The notes under the pieces: model-generated | What the model was told of the DNA's origin: nothing | Seen by the model: the letters and a program-made list of their open reading frames with translations, nothing else | Databases searched by the model: none | Source: Fonticula alba ATCC 38817 | Lineage: Eukaryota; Protista; Nucleariida | DNA length: 64,000 nt | Strand: one strand, 5' to 3' | NCBI GenBank assembly: GCA_000388065.2 | Contig: KB932203.1 | Part shown: positions 36,401-48,629 of the stretch, one piece after another | Layout of the letters: each line of letters begins with the position of its first letter | How positions within the stretch are numbered: the stretch's first letter is position 1 | Position numbers and translations under genes: made by a program

Positions 36401-36995
36401 GGCCGTCCGGGCGGTTCGATCATCGGCCGCCGGAACCGAGGATCTGGTTCCAGGCAGGTGGTTCATGACCCTGCTGGACCATGTCGGGGTGTACTTCGAA
36501 CTCCTGAGTCGGGCTCTGCTCGGCTCGGCGGGCGGGTGGTACGCTCCGGTGCACCCGATGGACGATGCTGTCCCTTCGGTTCGGCGCTTCCATTACCAAC
36601 AAGCGCGGCATCTTATGCGTGCGTTGGTCTTCCCGGGCCGCACCACGGCCGAGAACATTGTCGCCTGGCAGCCGGAGGATGCGCCTGAGCCGGACAAACG
36701 CCCCTCCCAGCTGCTTGGCCTGCCCCCGAGTGACATCTCCCGGGATGGCGAGGCGTCTGACTTGGAAAGGGGAAGAAGCCCTTCGCCAAGCGCCCCGGAT
36801 CCGCTGTTCCTGGCGCCGGAGATGCTGGAGGGTGGGCCTGTTACGCGTTCAAAGCGCCGTCGTTTGTTGTCTCGCCGACTGGGGGCGGATGGTCAGGTTT
36901 CGACCGCTCCGGCCGATGACCACCAGGATGCAACTTCATCGCCGGCCGCCTTCCTGGATTTCGAGTCCCAGACCCAGTCGCAGCCCTTGTTTTGA
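32047..36995 (+). CDS. TAF1A: Divergent TAF1A/Rrn11-like RNA polymerase I initiation factor (TPR-like N-terminal region) with a long C-terminal extension, ~1122 aa; exons 32047-32531, 33953-34429, 34589-36995
   Basis: EHVRRAILSHDFATAAAGCSVLLRRGAPLEPSLWHVVLGAL resembles the Rrn11/TAF1A N-terminal block (L-x-x-A-L-L-x-H-x-W/F...P-x-x-x-W). LELLSV|NINDARFFQSANCHGYLGLLY resembles the TAF1A Y-x-G-L-L block. AERHLRRAAELDP is TPR-like. The phase-2 donor GTATGT (32532) matches the phase-2 acceptor AAG (33950-33952). Family assignment is by eye, not by HMM. Confidence 0.62.
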
Positions 36996-37038
36996 GCCCC
37001 GACAGTCAGGCTCGGCCTCCGGTTTCACAGCCTTTTTC

Positions 37039-37073
<35 letters not shown>

Positions 37074-37472
37074 GTATATGTATATGTATACATACAAACA
37101 CGACTTTCAAGGAATTGTCCTTTGTTCCGTCACTTCTGCTGTCCCTTTCGGGCCTTGTGACCGTGTGCTGATGGTAATTGCGGATGCGGACACTAATGCG
37201 GGCGGGGGAGGGTAGGAGAGATCTATTTCGCAAGGACAAGCACAGTTGAAGGGACAAAGGAACAACTGTACATGGCAGGAACAAGGACAAAGAATGGCAT
37301 CGTGCACCGGGGAGGAGGGGACATAGAAAACTCGAGGGAGAGAGAGAGAGGGGGGGGGAGGGAGAAGCATGGCAGAGGGGAGGAAAGAGGACGAGAGGTT
37401 GGCCGGACCGGCCGGTCAACCAAAGGAAAGTGCCAAACAGCCGGACGGGCACCACATCTTGGATGCTGGCTC

Positions 37473-38846
37473 TCACACGAGGGCGAAACCGATGGGCTCT
37501 TCCAGCGCGCGGCGAATGCGCTTGAGTGCCTCGCGCCCACTACGATAGCGCGGCACGGCAAACAGACGAATGCACGTGTGCGCAGAGGGGAGGACCCGCT
37601 TCGGGAGATAGTGATGTGGGCACATGCGCACCGGGGCCTGTGCATAGGTGGCGCGCTCGTCATCGGAGTCGGTGCGCGGCTCGTCCATATCCTCATCGGT
37701 GCTCAGCTCCGAGTGGTTGTACACCCCCTTGCACTTGCACATGAGGCTGGGCGCCAGGCGAGAAACATCCGACCTGAAGACGCTGCTCTCGGAAGCAGGG
37801 CCACCGGTGTGCCGGTCGACCATGGCCGCGGGGATGTCACCCTCCGAAGCCGAGGCAGCGGCAGTCGAGGTGTCGGAGGACACCGATGGCCGATCGACCG
37901 CCAGGAGCTCCTGCTCTCCTGGTGGAAGGGGAGAGGGACTCCGCGAGGCAGGGGCACCCGAAGGCAACATGATATCCGCCAGCTCGGTGGCGAACACCGC
38001 GGCAGACACGGCAATATCAAGGATGCCCATGCTGCCATCTGGGGCCTCATTGTCGCTGTCCTCGGTGTCACTGCTGTCCGCATCATCGCCGCTATCATTG
38101 GCCCCGGGCTGGTCGCCCTGCTCAAGGGCATCGGAAGTGACACGGGGAGATCCATCGGAAAGGGTGATCCCCTCGGAGTCGCTCGACAACGACATGACAT
38201 CATCACCGACTCGCCAGGTGGGGTCCGGCTGCGAGGTCTCCCCGGCGGAGGAGGAGGCCTCCAAGTCGGAGGAGGAGGCCTCCAAGTCGGGGTCATCCTC
38301 CACCGAAGTCGAGGAGTCCGAGTCGGAGGCCACATCGGTGCTCGACAAATCGGACGAAGAGAATGTCGGGTCGGGCTCGGACTCGGAAGAGTCGGTCTCC
38401 ATGACGCGCGAGAGGCCGATCTTGATCGAGGGCGGACCGCCCCAGAATGAGGAGGATTGCCCGGCACAAATGAAGCGCACCAGGCGATCCAGCTCTCGCG
38501 GCGTCAGACACCGAAGGGCCCGGACAAAGCGCCGCATGGCCGGGTGGCGGCGCTTTAGCGGCAACAGCAAGATCGACCGATCCAAGATGTCATCAGCCGT
38601 GAAGTGGGTACTCCGTGCCTGGAGCAGCTCCCCTGGTGAGGATGCCGTCAGGGCGGGGGTCGGCTGCAGAAGTCGAGCCAGGGCACGGGGCTGCCGAAGG
38701 GCGCGAAGGAGCAGGAGCAGGAGAGACAAGCAACAAACCGAGGAAAGAGGGAGAGAGAGGGAGAGAGAGAGAGAGGGAGGGAGAGAGGGTTAGGCTGACG
38801 GATGGGTCGCGGACTGGATGCCTGCAGGGCAGACCGGGAAGGAGAA

Positions 38847-38885
<39 letters not shown>

Positions 38886-41800
38886 GGGGAGAGAGGAGAA
38901 GGGAAGGGAGAAAGAAAAGACCAACAGAACGCACCGCCCAGAAGAGGGGGATTTCGGTCGGCGCAATCCGATGATTCTTGGTTGGCAGGAGGGCCACCGA
39001 AATGCCATAGGCAATCGAGTGGGCAGCCTTGCGCACGGCACTGGTGGGACCGACCAGATGCGCCGCCTGCCGGACGATGTACTCCTCGACATTGAGACTT
39101 GTGACATCGCCCTCGGATGAAACCACCCCGGTCAAAGCAGCCAGGTTGGCATCCAGATCGCCGATGTCCTGCAATGTTGGCAGAGGTGCCTCGATGAAAT
39201 CCTCGGCCACATTGGGCACCGGGCCGGATCCGGGCTTCAGCGCGGTGATCACTCGGGTGAAGGTCAAGCCCAGTTGGGCCACAGTGTCCGACTCAAGGTC
39301 CAGCCCGGCGCTCGGGACATCAACATTGACCGGCGCGTGCGGGGTGCTGGACGAGACGTTCATGGCCGCGGAGGAACGCAAAAAGCGGAAGACCTTGGCG
39401 AGAGACTGGCACCCGGCGGAACGGATCAGGGGTTCATGTTAGCAGGAGCGGCCCGAGCGGGGAGGGAGAGCGAAAGGGGCCGCATGGCACGAAAGGCCAA
39501 ACACGACTGGAAGATCGCCAAGAAGATGGGGGAAAGAAGGCGGGTGTGGGTGCGGGGGGGGGACCGGAGAGCCAGAGCACAGCGGGAAGGCGAAAAACGC
39601 ACCGGGTCAACAAGGCACGCCTCGGCTTCCAGTTCGGCCGGCTGGAGGTTCGGGCTGAAGCCGTGGCCAAGATCCCGCGCCCAGCGCAACGACGGAGGCA
39701 GCTCCGACTCCGGGTGCATGCCGATGAGGTCCGCCGAGATGAAGCGCCACAGGAGCGGCGCCAAGGGCGGAATGCCGAAAGTGCTCCCGGGCCCGGGAGT
39801 CGCGCCATTGAGGGCCGCCAGCCCGAGCCAAATGCCCACCAGGGTATAGTAATTCAGCAGGCGGATGACCTCCAGCGAGTGGGGCTCCCCCCGGTCGGCG
39901 GTGCCGGTGAACAGCGCCAGCGGGCTGTCGGTCCTCGGGAGGGCAAACGGCCCGGGACCCCATTCCCGGCCCCAGGGGAAAGTCTCGCCCAGCTGGTCGA
40001 TGGCCGAGTCATCGGCCCCGCCGACCTCCACGAAGAGCCGGCTACTCGACCGGAAGAGCACGCGTCCCAGGCTGTTGAGGTACTCACGCAGGGGTCCACC
40101 AAGGTCCAGGCCTGCCTCCACCTCGAGCTCATTATCGGACCCGGAATCGTTGAAATTGAAGTCATTCGAAGAAGCGACGCTGGAGTCACTGGAGTCGCTG
40201 GAGTCACTGTCGGAGTCGGTCCCACTGCCGGACGGGGAGTCGGAAGATGCGGAACTGGCAGCAGGCGTATCATCGAGAGGGCCATCATCCACGGACGCCT
40301 CATCGTCACTGGACAGGGTGATGACGAGAGGCGTCTCCTCCTTCAGGTCATCCTCCACATCGCCATCATCGGCGTCGGTGTCCTCCACATCGCCGTCATC
40401 GGCGTCGGTGTCCTCCGCATCGCCGTCATCGGCCTCGGCCTCCGGCTTGTCGATGGTTGCCGAGCAGGAGGCGGCGTTCTCCTCGACATCGGCCCCGGTC
40501 TCCGGGGTGCTGGCGGAGTCCGGCAGATGGCCATCCTCCACGGAGAAGGGGCAAGCCACGGCCGGAGTGGGGACATCACCAACACCCGCCTCGAACAGAG
40601 CCCCAGACTCGGCCTCGGCCTCGGCCTCGGCCTCGGCCTCGACTTCAGAGGCTGACCCATCTTCCAGCAGCTCCGTGTCATCCGAGTCGAAAAAGAGAGA
40701 CATCAAGGGTCCACTCGACGATTCATCGTCACTGGTGGAGGAGAGCGCCGCCAACATCGGCGCATCACCGAATAGGGCCATCAGCTCCCCGTCCAGCAAG
40801 CCCCCATCACCGCCTGAGTGGTGGCCGGTGCCTGGAAGGCCGTCCAGATGCGCGGCAAGCAGGCTGGCCATATTTTGGTCTTTCGGGAAGAGGAAGGATG
40901 CGGTGAAGAGGTCATACCAGAGGTTCTCCTCGGTGGCGTCGCCGCCGACACCGGCCTTGGCACCGCCAGCCGGCCGGTCAGACCCATAAGCCGTGATGAA
41001 CTGAATGCGCAAGGGCTTTTGAATGTTGAGGCGCTTGTGGAGCAGCCCATGCAGGGTGTCGCGAACGAGATTGTTCCGACGAACCGGCAGGGCCAGGTTC
41101 AGCGACTCGGCCAGGGTGAGACTCTGTTGCCGAGGAATCCGCCGGATCTCGCGGTCTTCCGGCAGAGAGAAGGGCGCCTGGGTCGGCAGGTCGGGGAAGT
41201 GGCGGGAGGTGTAGCCCGCATTCTCCAAATCATTCGCGGTGAAGGAGAGCTTGTCATGGACAAAGCGGAAAATCACGGTACTAAGGTTGTTCTGCGTGCG
41301 TGTGTGTGCGTGTGTGTGCGTGTGTGCGTGTGTGCGTGTGTGTGCGTGTGTGCGTGGCCAAAAGAGCGCAAGAATCGGGAAGGGCGGCAGGGGAGAGAGA
41401 GCGGGGAAATACAAGAGGAGAGGACAATGAGGATGCGGATGACAGCGATATGTCAGGATGCAGGGGGCGAAAAAAAAAAAGGCAAGCGAAGTATGTGCCA
41501 AGGGAGGAAGAGGGGGCCCGACGCACGGAGATGGCGGCATTGAGTTCGGCCCAGGAACGGGCGCGCCAGGCGGCCGCCACCACCGAGGCCGGGAGGACAG
41601 AACTGGCGGATGCCCAGCGGGGAGCCCGGGCCAGAGGCAAGGCCTGATGTGCCACCTGCCAGAGCAACCGGGTGATGTCGGAAATGGGCCCATCTTCGGG
41701 ATTGACAGCGGGTGGCCCGGCGGCCAAGAAGCGCTGGAGGGGAAGCTGCGTGGTCAAGGCCCGATGAATGGACCGGACGCACACACGCGCCCGATGCGGG

Positions 41801-43832
41801 GTCGCCACCACCATGCCGAAGGGATGGCCACTGGCCGGGCCGGTGGCTTGCCGGGAAAGAGCATCAAAAATGAGCCCGGACAGCTCGATCGTCGGGGCAT
41901 AAGAATGAGCGGCCAGGATTTGCTCCGGGGCCCGGAATAGGCGCGCCACGGTCCGGGTGAATTGCTGGATGGTGGACTTGGCAACCGGGGCATTTTCCGA
42001 GCGCGGAGTCCAATCGGCGAAGGGGAATTGGCTTTCCTCCAAACCCAGCCCCGCGCGGCTGTGGTAAAGCACTCCCAAGGCCTCGGAAAAGAGGACCACC
42101 AGGCTGGCCGCGGTGAGACTCCCCGAAGGGAGGGGCTCCGGGTGGATGGACACCCGACCGGCCAGCAGCGACAAAGACGGCAAGGTCGGGCCCAGGTCGC
42201 TGGAAAAGACACTGGGCTGCGGGTGGACCGACCGTGGGCCAAGCACCACGCGTTGGGCATTGGCCAGGGCATTGCGCATGCTGTGCAAAAGCGCATGCGC
42301 GGCCAGGGGCAGCGAGGCAGCCAACACCGCCACGGGCTCCGGGCCGAAGGCCAGCAGGAGCAGAGCCACAAGGGCCTCATCGCGAAGATTGGCCACATGG
42401 AAGGCCTGGTCCTTCTGGCCATGTCGGCCGATGGACGGGACGTCATCATGCCGGCGAGTGACGCGCGGAAGCCAAGCACGCAGTTGGGCCGCGGCCAGCA
42501 GCGCGCGTGGCACCGCCCGCGCAAAGGCCGCCTCGGCGAGGATGCTTTCACGGCGGAGAATGGCCCCGAGCAAGTGCTGCAATGGGCGCAGGGCGGTGGC
42601 CTGCATGTGTCGAGCCGCCTCGCCGGTCAAGGGCCCGAGAGCCGGGCGCGGCCGGAAGGGGCGCAAGTAGTGAATTTCCGCGAAGGGAGACTCCAGGGAA
42701 CTGGTCGGGTGATTGCCCGGCCCGAGGGTGGCACTGCGGACTTGCTGGCGCGGGCAGCGATCGGCCTCCAGCGGCACGAGGAGGATCACCAGAGTGGCCC
42801 ACACGCGTGGGGCAATCAGCAGGCCAAAGGCCGGCACGGCGTCGGAGTAGTCCAGCGGCTCGGCCCCCCCGGCGCCACAGGGCCAGGCCCAGGCTCCCAG
42901 CGGGGCGGCCGCCGCTCGGGTGTTGCGAACGAGGCGCCGATCGGCCTCCAACACGGGCGGGGGAAATGGGAACCCGGCCAATTGGGAGAAGTCCAAAAAG
43001 TCATCCTCCGGCCCGGTGGATGTCTGGCAGGCGGCCTGAAGCTGGGCAAAGTCCGCTCGCAGGATGAGCTCGGCCAGCAGGCCGGGCGCGTCGACAAACA
43101 GCCGGTAACAAAGGGCCCAATCAGCCAGAGTGGCTGCCCACTCGAGGCAGTTGGGGAGATTGTCGGCTGCCAATCGGCAGACAAAGCCGGCAAGGCGGAA
43201 ATACACCGCGGCATTAGAGCAGCCAGATGCCACGGGCAGGGGGGTGGGGGGGGGGCAGGAGGTCAGGGGGGAGAGCGCGGACAAGAAAGGGAGAAGCCTA
43301 TGTTGAGAGAAGGAGAGAAGGAGAGAGAGAGAGAGAGAGAGAGGAGGGGAGGGCAGGCGGGAAAGGGACCAAACGTACCGACAACGGAAGAGGGCCTGGA
43401 GTTGCTCGGGGTGCAGCGGTACCCGCGGGACAGATCGTCGGCCGTGCGAGTCAGCCACCGTGCCAGGAAGCAGTTGGCCGGGGTCGGGCAAGCCGGCGGA
43501 CAGTTGGCCAAGGCCGGGCCCATGAGGATCCGGTGACGCAGAGCCACGCAGAAGGCCGCCGTCAGAGGATGCCGCCCGGGGCTGGTGGACGCGGCATAGT
43601 CCAACGACACGGCCGCCGCCCGCAGGGGATTGGCCGGGATGATCATTTGGCAAAAGCGCTTCGTCTGCTCCGGGGTGAGGTCCTCGATGGTGTCCAAGAA
43701 ACCAAGCATCTGCATGATGGTCTCCCCGCAACAAAGACAGTTGGGCGTGACCAGGATGCCCTTTCGGGGAAAGAGATCGCCCTCGACGGGGATGCCCGAG
43801 CCGTCGTGCGCCGCTGTCGACCCGTCGGCCAT
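37473..43832 (-). CDS. HECT-domain E3 ubiquitin ligase, ~1823 aa, 5 exons (43832-43379, 43166-41527, 41291-39603, 39405-38935, 38690-37473)
   Basis: HECT start LPVRRNNLVRDTL...LRIQF; N-lobe YTLVGIWLGLAALNG; C-lobe FVRALRCLTPRELDRLVRFICAG; catalytic end LPSAHTCIRLFAVPRY...RALEEPIGFALV-stop. Phases are consistent. The N-terminal ~700 aa is unrecognised and the start codon is uncertain. Confidence 0.85.
40348..40437 (-). repeat. 30-bp coding tandem repeat (DADDGDV/AEDT-type), ~3 copies, within the HECT N-lobe insert; a nearby (GAGGCC)x5 encodes AE repeats at ~40608-40640
   Basis: GTCCTCCACATCGCC(A/G)TCATCGGCGTCGGT-like units read directly on the plus strand. Confidence 0.85.
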
Positions 43833-45860
43833 GTTTGTGTCGAGGCGGAGGAGAGAGAGCGAGAGGCAAAGAGAGAGAGAGAGAGGGGGGAGAGGAAGAG
43901 AGGGGGGAGAGGAAGAGGGAGGGAAGAAGAGGGAGAGAGAGGGAGAGAAGGGGGAAGGGAGAAATAAAGGGAGAGGGGGGGGGGGATGTCCCGAGGAGGG
44001 GAAGGGCCAGGGGGTCGCGCTGAGGAGGGAGCGGAGAAGGGGGGCGGGAAGGAGGGGGAGAGGTGGAGCAGCGGTCGCCGTGGTCGGGTGGTGATGATAC
44101 GGCTTCTTGGGGGAGTGATGGTGTGCACCGGGTGCAGTGTGGATCTCCAAGCATGCGAGATGACCACGCCGACGCCTCTTGAGCTTCGTCCACCTCCGGT
44201 ACATGTGCCCAGGTGCTTCCCCCGGGAAGGGGGCGGGCCAACGGATTTGATTGAAAAGTAGGAACGCCCCTTCCATGGGAGCGGCCCGTTTCAGAGGGCC
44301 CGCTAATCGTGGAACATTCCTGCCTCGCGGGACAATCGCGGGGATCGAGTCATCTCGCGGGAAATACCAGGGGCGGCCGGGGGGAGGAACACACGGCCGG
44401 GGGGGCGGGGGGGGGGGCGGGGGGGATCCACGGGTCTGGGCCCGAAGACCTGTGTTGTACCCAGGGCGCTTGGAGGAGGCTTTGTGCTATTGGGCTGGGG
44501 GACCGACCGCCGCTGGGGCGACGGTGGCGCTGCGCTGGTCGGGCGCCCTAGGCAGGGCTATCTGTGCCCTGCACCACGGCGAGAGAAGCGGGAAGCGATC
44601 AACTCCCTACCGCTAGGGGCCCTTCCGTGGGAGAACGTGCGGGGCGGCGAAGCGACGAAATGAAAAGAGAATGGCCAGCGACCACTGGAACCGCGTCAGA
44701 GGCAAGGCCAGGCAGGTGGCTGGGCCGCTGCTCCGCCGGGACACCTGCGCGGAGGCCCGGAGGACCGAACACCTCGACACCTATCTCCTCGGGCATGAAC
44801 GGTCAAGGTGCAGTTGCGTAATGTGATGGTCATTGATGGGCATTGCCGCGGCCGAACACCGGGGCAGGTGCCGCCAGGCCGCTGGACTCAGGTAGGCTCG
44901 CCCTTCCGCTGATACGGCGGGCATGATGCCGCAGCCCAAGGAGAGAGAGCTGCATGGAAGAGGCGAACCGCGCAGGCCGAGAGACTAGGCGGTCCGGTGG
45001 GCGAGGCCGGAAATGGCCGTGTATGAGCTGCAGGCATGATCCTTTGTTGCCGGCCCCGGATTTCCTGTGTGCCGCCCCCCCCACACACACACACATACAC
45101 AGAGCCGGCACCATCCAGGTGCGGCTCCCAAGCAGACCGGGCTTCCCCCTTCGGGGTCAAGCCTTCGAGGCCGGGAGGGGAGACAAAAATGATCGGGACT
45201 TTGCATAGCATTTTCTACAGTATGGCCTGCACGTGATTTCATTTTACCTTGAGTCCTCCTGTCACAGCGCCGCCTCAACGGACGGCCGCCGCCATCCCTT
45301 GTCACCCGTTTGTGAGTGTGCGCGGCCGTTCGCGTCCCCCGGCTTGCGGCCTTTTTCGCTGCTTCTCTTGGCCGCTCCCCCGGCATTGCCCTGCTGTGGG
45401 CGGGGGGAACCATAACCCCCCCCAGCGAGAGACCCCAGGCCCGAGGTCGCGGGCTGCCCCGGGACCGGCGGCAGATCACTTGCCTGCCATCTTCAGGTGG
45501 ACGTGTCTCTCTCTGGACCCGGCGCGGGCCACCCGAAAAACCCGCCCGCCGAGACGAAATGACGCTAGCGCCCGGGGAAGGGGGGGGGGGATGACAACGC
45601 CTCGATGATGCGCCCCTGGACAAGCAACAGGGTCCATCTTTTGGTCAGACATATAATCGGGCCCGCTCTAGAGGCTTCCTTTGCTGGATGCCACCAACCT
45701 TCCTCCTCTATTCCCCCCTCCCGGCATTTGCTCCTCTCCTTTTGCTGCCACTTGCCCCCGCTCCTCGCCTTCCCTCCCCTGAGTCCCTGCACTCGCCTTC
45801 ACCTCCTCGCCCTCCCCACCCACCCACCCACCCACCCCTGTCCCTTTTCTCTTCTGTACC

Positions 45861-47368
45861 ATGAGCGCTCCCTCCGCCCCTGGTGCCACTCAGCAGCCGC
45901 AGGATGCCCCCAAGGATGTGGTTGAGCTGCCCGGCTCCCATGTCCCGGGGATGATCCCTACCTCGGTCGTCGTGCACCCGCTGGTGCTGCTGAGTGTGGT
46001 TGATCATTACAACCGTGTGGCCAAGGTACGGGCTGGCCGGTGTGCCTTCTTTTTTTTTTCCCCTGCTTTTTTCGTGTCCTGCTCCCCCCCCATTTCCCCT
46101 GGGACAGGTTGCGCATGGCCTTCCACGACCGCCGGCTCACCCAATGACCTCCCACCATAGGGCACCACCAAGCGCGTTGTCGGTGTGCTCCTCGGCCAGT
46201 GGAATGGGTCCACCATCGACGTGTCCAACAGCTATGCCGGTACGCCCTGGCCAACTTGGACCTGCCTCTTTCCTTTTGCCTGCCCTTGCCCGGGGAATCC
46301 CCCGCTAACCTTGGCTCCCCTCCCCCCCCCCCCCCCCCCCCCCCCCACCCATCCAGTCCCCTTTGAGGAGGAAGGACAGGACTCGTCCATCTGGTTCTTC
46401 GACCACGGCTACCTTGAGGAGATGTGGCACATGTTCCGCAAGATCAATGGTACGTAGGCCCCTCCCGCCGCCATTCTCCCGTCCGTTGTCTCTCCCTCTC
46501 TCTCTCTCTCTTGCCCTGGCGCCCCTTGGCTCTCGTCTGAAGCACACACACACACACATGAATGCCAATGTACCGGTGTATTCGGCCCGCTAACTCGACG
46601 ATCGCTCGGCTCCCTCTTCCGGGCTTCAGCTCGCGAGAAGATCATCGGCTGGTACCACACTGGTCCGGCTCTTCGGTCCAGCGATCTGGCCATCCACTCG
46701 GTCATGTCGCGCTTCTGCCCGAACCCGGTGCTGGTGACGATCGATGTCAACCCCGAGTGTGTCGGTCTGCCCACCGAGTCCTTTGTGGCCATCGAGGAGG
46801 TTGATGTGCGTCTTGGCCAGCTGCTTCTTCCCTTTTCGACACCCAGTCGCCCCACCGGCCACTCACGCCATTCGCTTCCGCGCGTGCGCACGCCCGCAGG
46901 ACTCCATCAATGCCTCCACTTCCTCCGAGTCTGGGCCCTCCTCGCGGAAAACCTTCACCCAGGTGTCCACCGAGGTCCGTGCCACTGAGGCCGAGGAGAT
47001 TGGTGTTGAGCACCTCCTGCGCGATGTCAAGGACAATGGTATGCTGCCCCTCTTCCTCCCCCTCTCCCTCTTCCCCTCTCCCCCTCTGGTGCTCCCCTTG
47101 TCCCTTTGTCCTTCCGAACATGCCTCACTTTTGGCCTGCGCACCAGACATCGGAGCCTGCCACTGACACGCCCCTCTGCTCCCAGCCGTTAGCTCTCTTG
47201 CAACCCAAGTCACCGAGAAGGTGTCCTCCATGCGCAGCCTCCACAACCACCTCAAGGATATTGCCACTTACCTGCAGATGGTCCGTACTTGTCCCTCCCT
47301 CTCTTTCTCTCTCTCTCTCGCCGATCCTCGGGCCCCCTCTGCCTCTCCAACTGACACGCTTTGCCCCG

Positions 47369-47402
<34 letters not shown>

Positions 47403-47758
47403 GCATGCATGCATGCATGCATGCACACCATCAACATCGATGTCTGGCCCTCCATCACAAACAATGACAGGTTGCTGATGGACGGATTCAGCCCAACCCC
47501 GTGGTGTTGACCAACGCCCAGGCACTGCTGGCCGGCCGGCCGGATATTTCCGGCTCGGATGCCCTCTCGGCTGCCTTCACCTCGGCCGGCAATGACGCCA
47601 TGCTTGTGCTTCACATTGCGGCCATGTGCCGGTCGCTCACCGCCCTGCATGATCTGATTCGCAACCGCCAGAATGTGGCCAGCTCCGAGCAGACCCTGGC
47701 TGCCGCTGCTGCGGCGGCGGCGGCCGAGCGTCCTGCCGCCACCCCGAGCACCGTTTAG
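45861..47758 (+). CDS. PSMD7: 26S proteasome lid subunit Rpn8/PSMD7 (non-catalytic MPN), ~344 aa, 7 exons (45861-46025, 46161-46239, 46357-46449, 46630-46805, 46900-47038, 47186-47280, 47471-47758)
   Basis: VVVHPLVLLSVVDHYNRV, KRVVGVLLG, DVSNSYAVPFEE, NAREKIIGWYHTGP, GLPTESF, ATEAEEIGVEHLLRDVKD and NDAMLVLHIAAMCRSLTALHDLIRN. Confidence 0.97.
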
Positions 47759-48162
47759 ACGGACACGGGATAGCTGGCCAGTCCCTGTGGATGAGCAGCT
47801 GCAAAATGAGAGCAGCTCCGGCTCTGCATCAAACTGCCCCTCGTCTCCCTCTCTCTCCCTCTCTCGGCAACAGTTGCACCCCACATATCGCATAAATCCC
47901 CCCTTTCAATCTCGCACACCCACGGGAGTGACTCTGCACCGCCTTGATGTGCCAAAGGAAGAAGGCGAGGCACGGAGGGGGGGGGGAAGGGGCGGGCGGG
48001 GAATGGGTGGGGGGCAACAACGCCGCCCGCGAGCCGCGATCAGCAAGGCGTGACAAGCGGCGGGGGCTCAAGTCTGGCCACGCACGTGACCTATCCCGAT
48101 CGCGGCCCCCGCGCGCCTCACCCATGCATTGTGCGCTCTGTCGGGGCCTGAGCTGGGGCTGG

Positions 48163-48164
<2 letters not shown>

Positions 48165-48205
<41 letters not shown>

Positions 48206-48216
48206 TCGTCGTCATC
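48165..48216. repeat. (GTC)n trinucleotide repeat, ~17 units with two ATC variants
   Basis: Read directly between PSMD7 and the phosphoesterase gene. Confidence 0.9.
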
Positions 48217-48629
48217 TAGATCTCCGTGTGCTTGCAGACGGTCGAGGAGGTGGGGCCAAAAAAAGAGGGGGGGGGCTGGTCGAGGCATGTATCAGTTCGG
48301 TAGGTGGCGCTTGACACGCGTGTGGGACTCCGGTTAATTCATCTCTCGCCCGGCATCGGACGACACACCCTCCTCTGCTTTCTCGCTCTCTTTTTTTTTT
48401 TTCCCCAGGTGTCGGGGACGCTTTGCTGGGAAACAGGCTGAAAAGTGTGCCCGATCGAGGAACAGCCCTCACGACCCAGATTCCCGTTCTTTCCTGTTGC
48501 ACTTTTCCGTCCCCTGCCGCACATCGCCCCGCCCACCTCCCTCCTTGCCTTCCCCACCCCCCCACCCCCCTCCGCGGCTCCCCTCCTCGGCATCCTGCGG
48601 CCTCGCCCTGGCCGCTTGGAGGCTCGGCC

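Noticed and set aside
45121-45260. Two TTCG-containing mini-hairpins and a nearby ATGATC box-C-like word
   Set aside because: The stems are only 3-4 bp and there is no box D, which is insufficient for an ncRNA call.
47399-47424. (ATGC)n self-complementary tract in PSMD7 intron 6
   Set aside because: A short simple repeat next to a (CA)n tract, consistent with general microsatellite load; no evidence of function.
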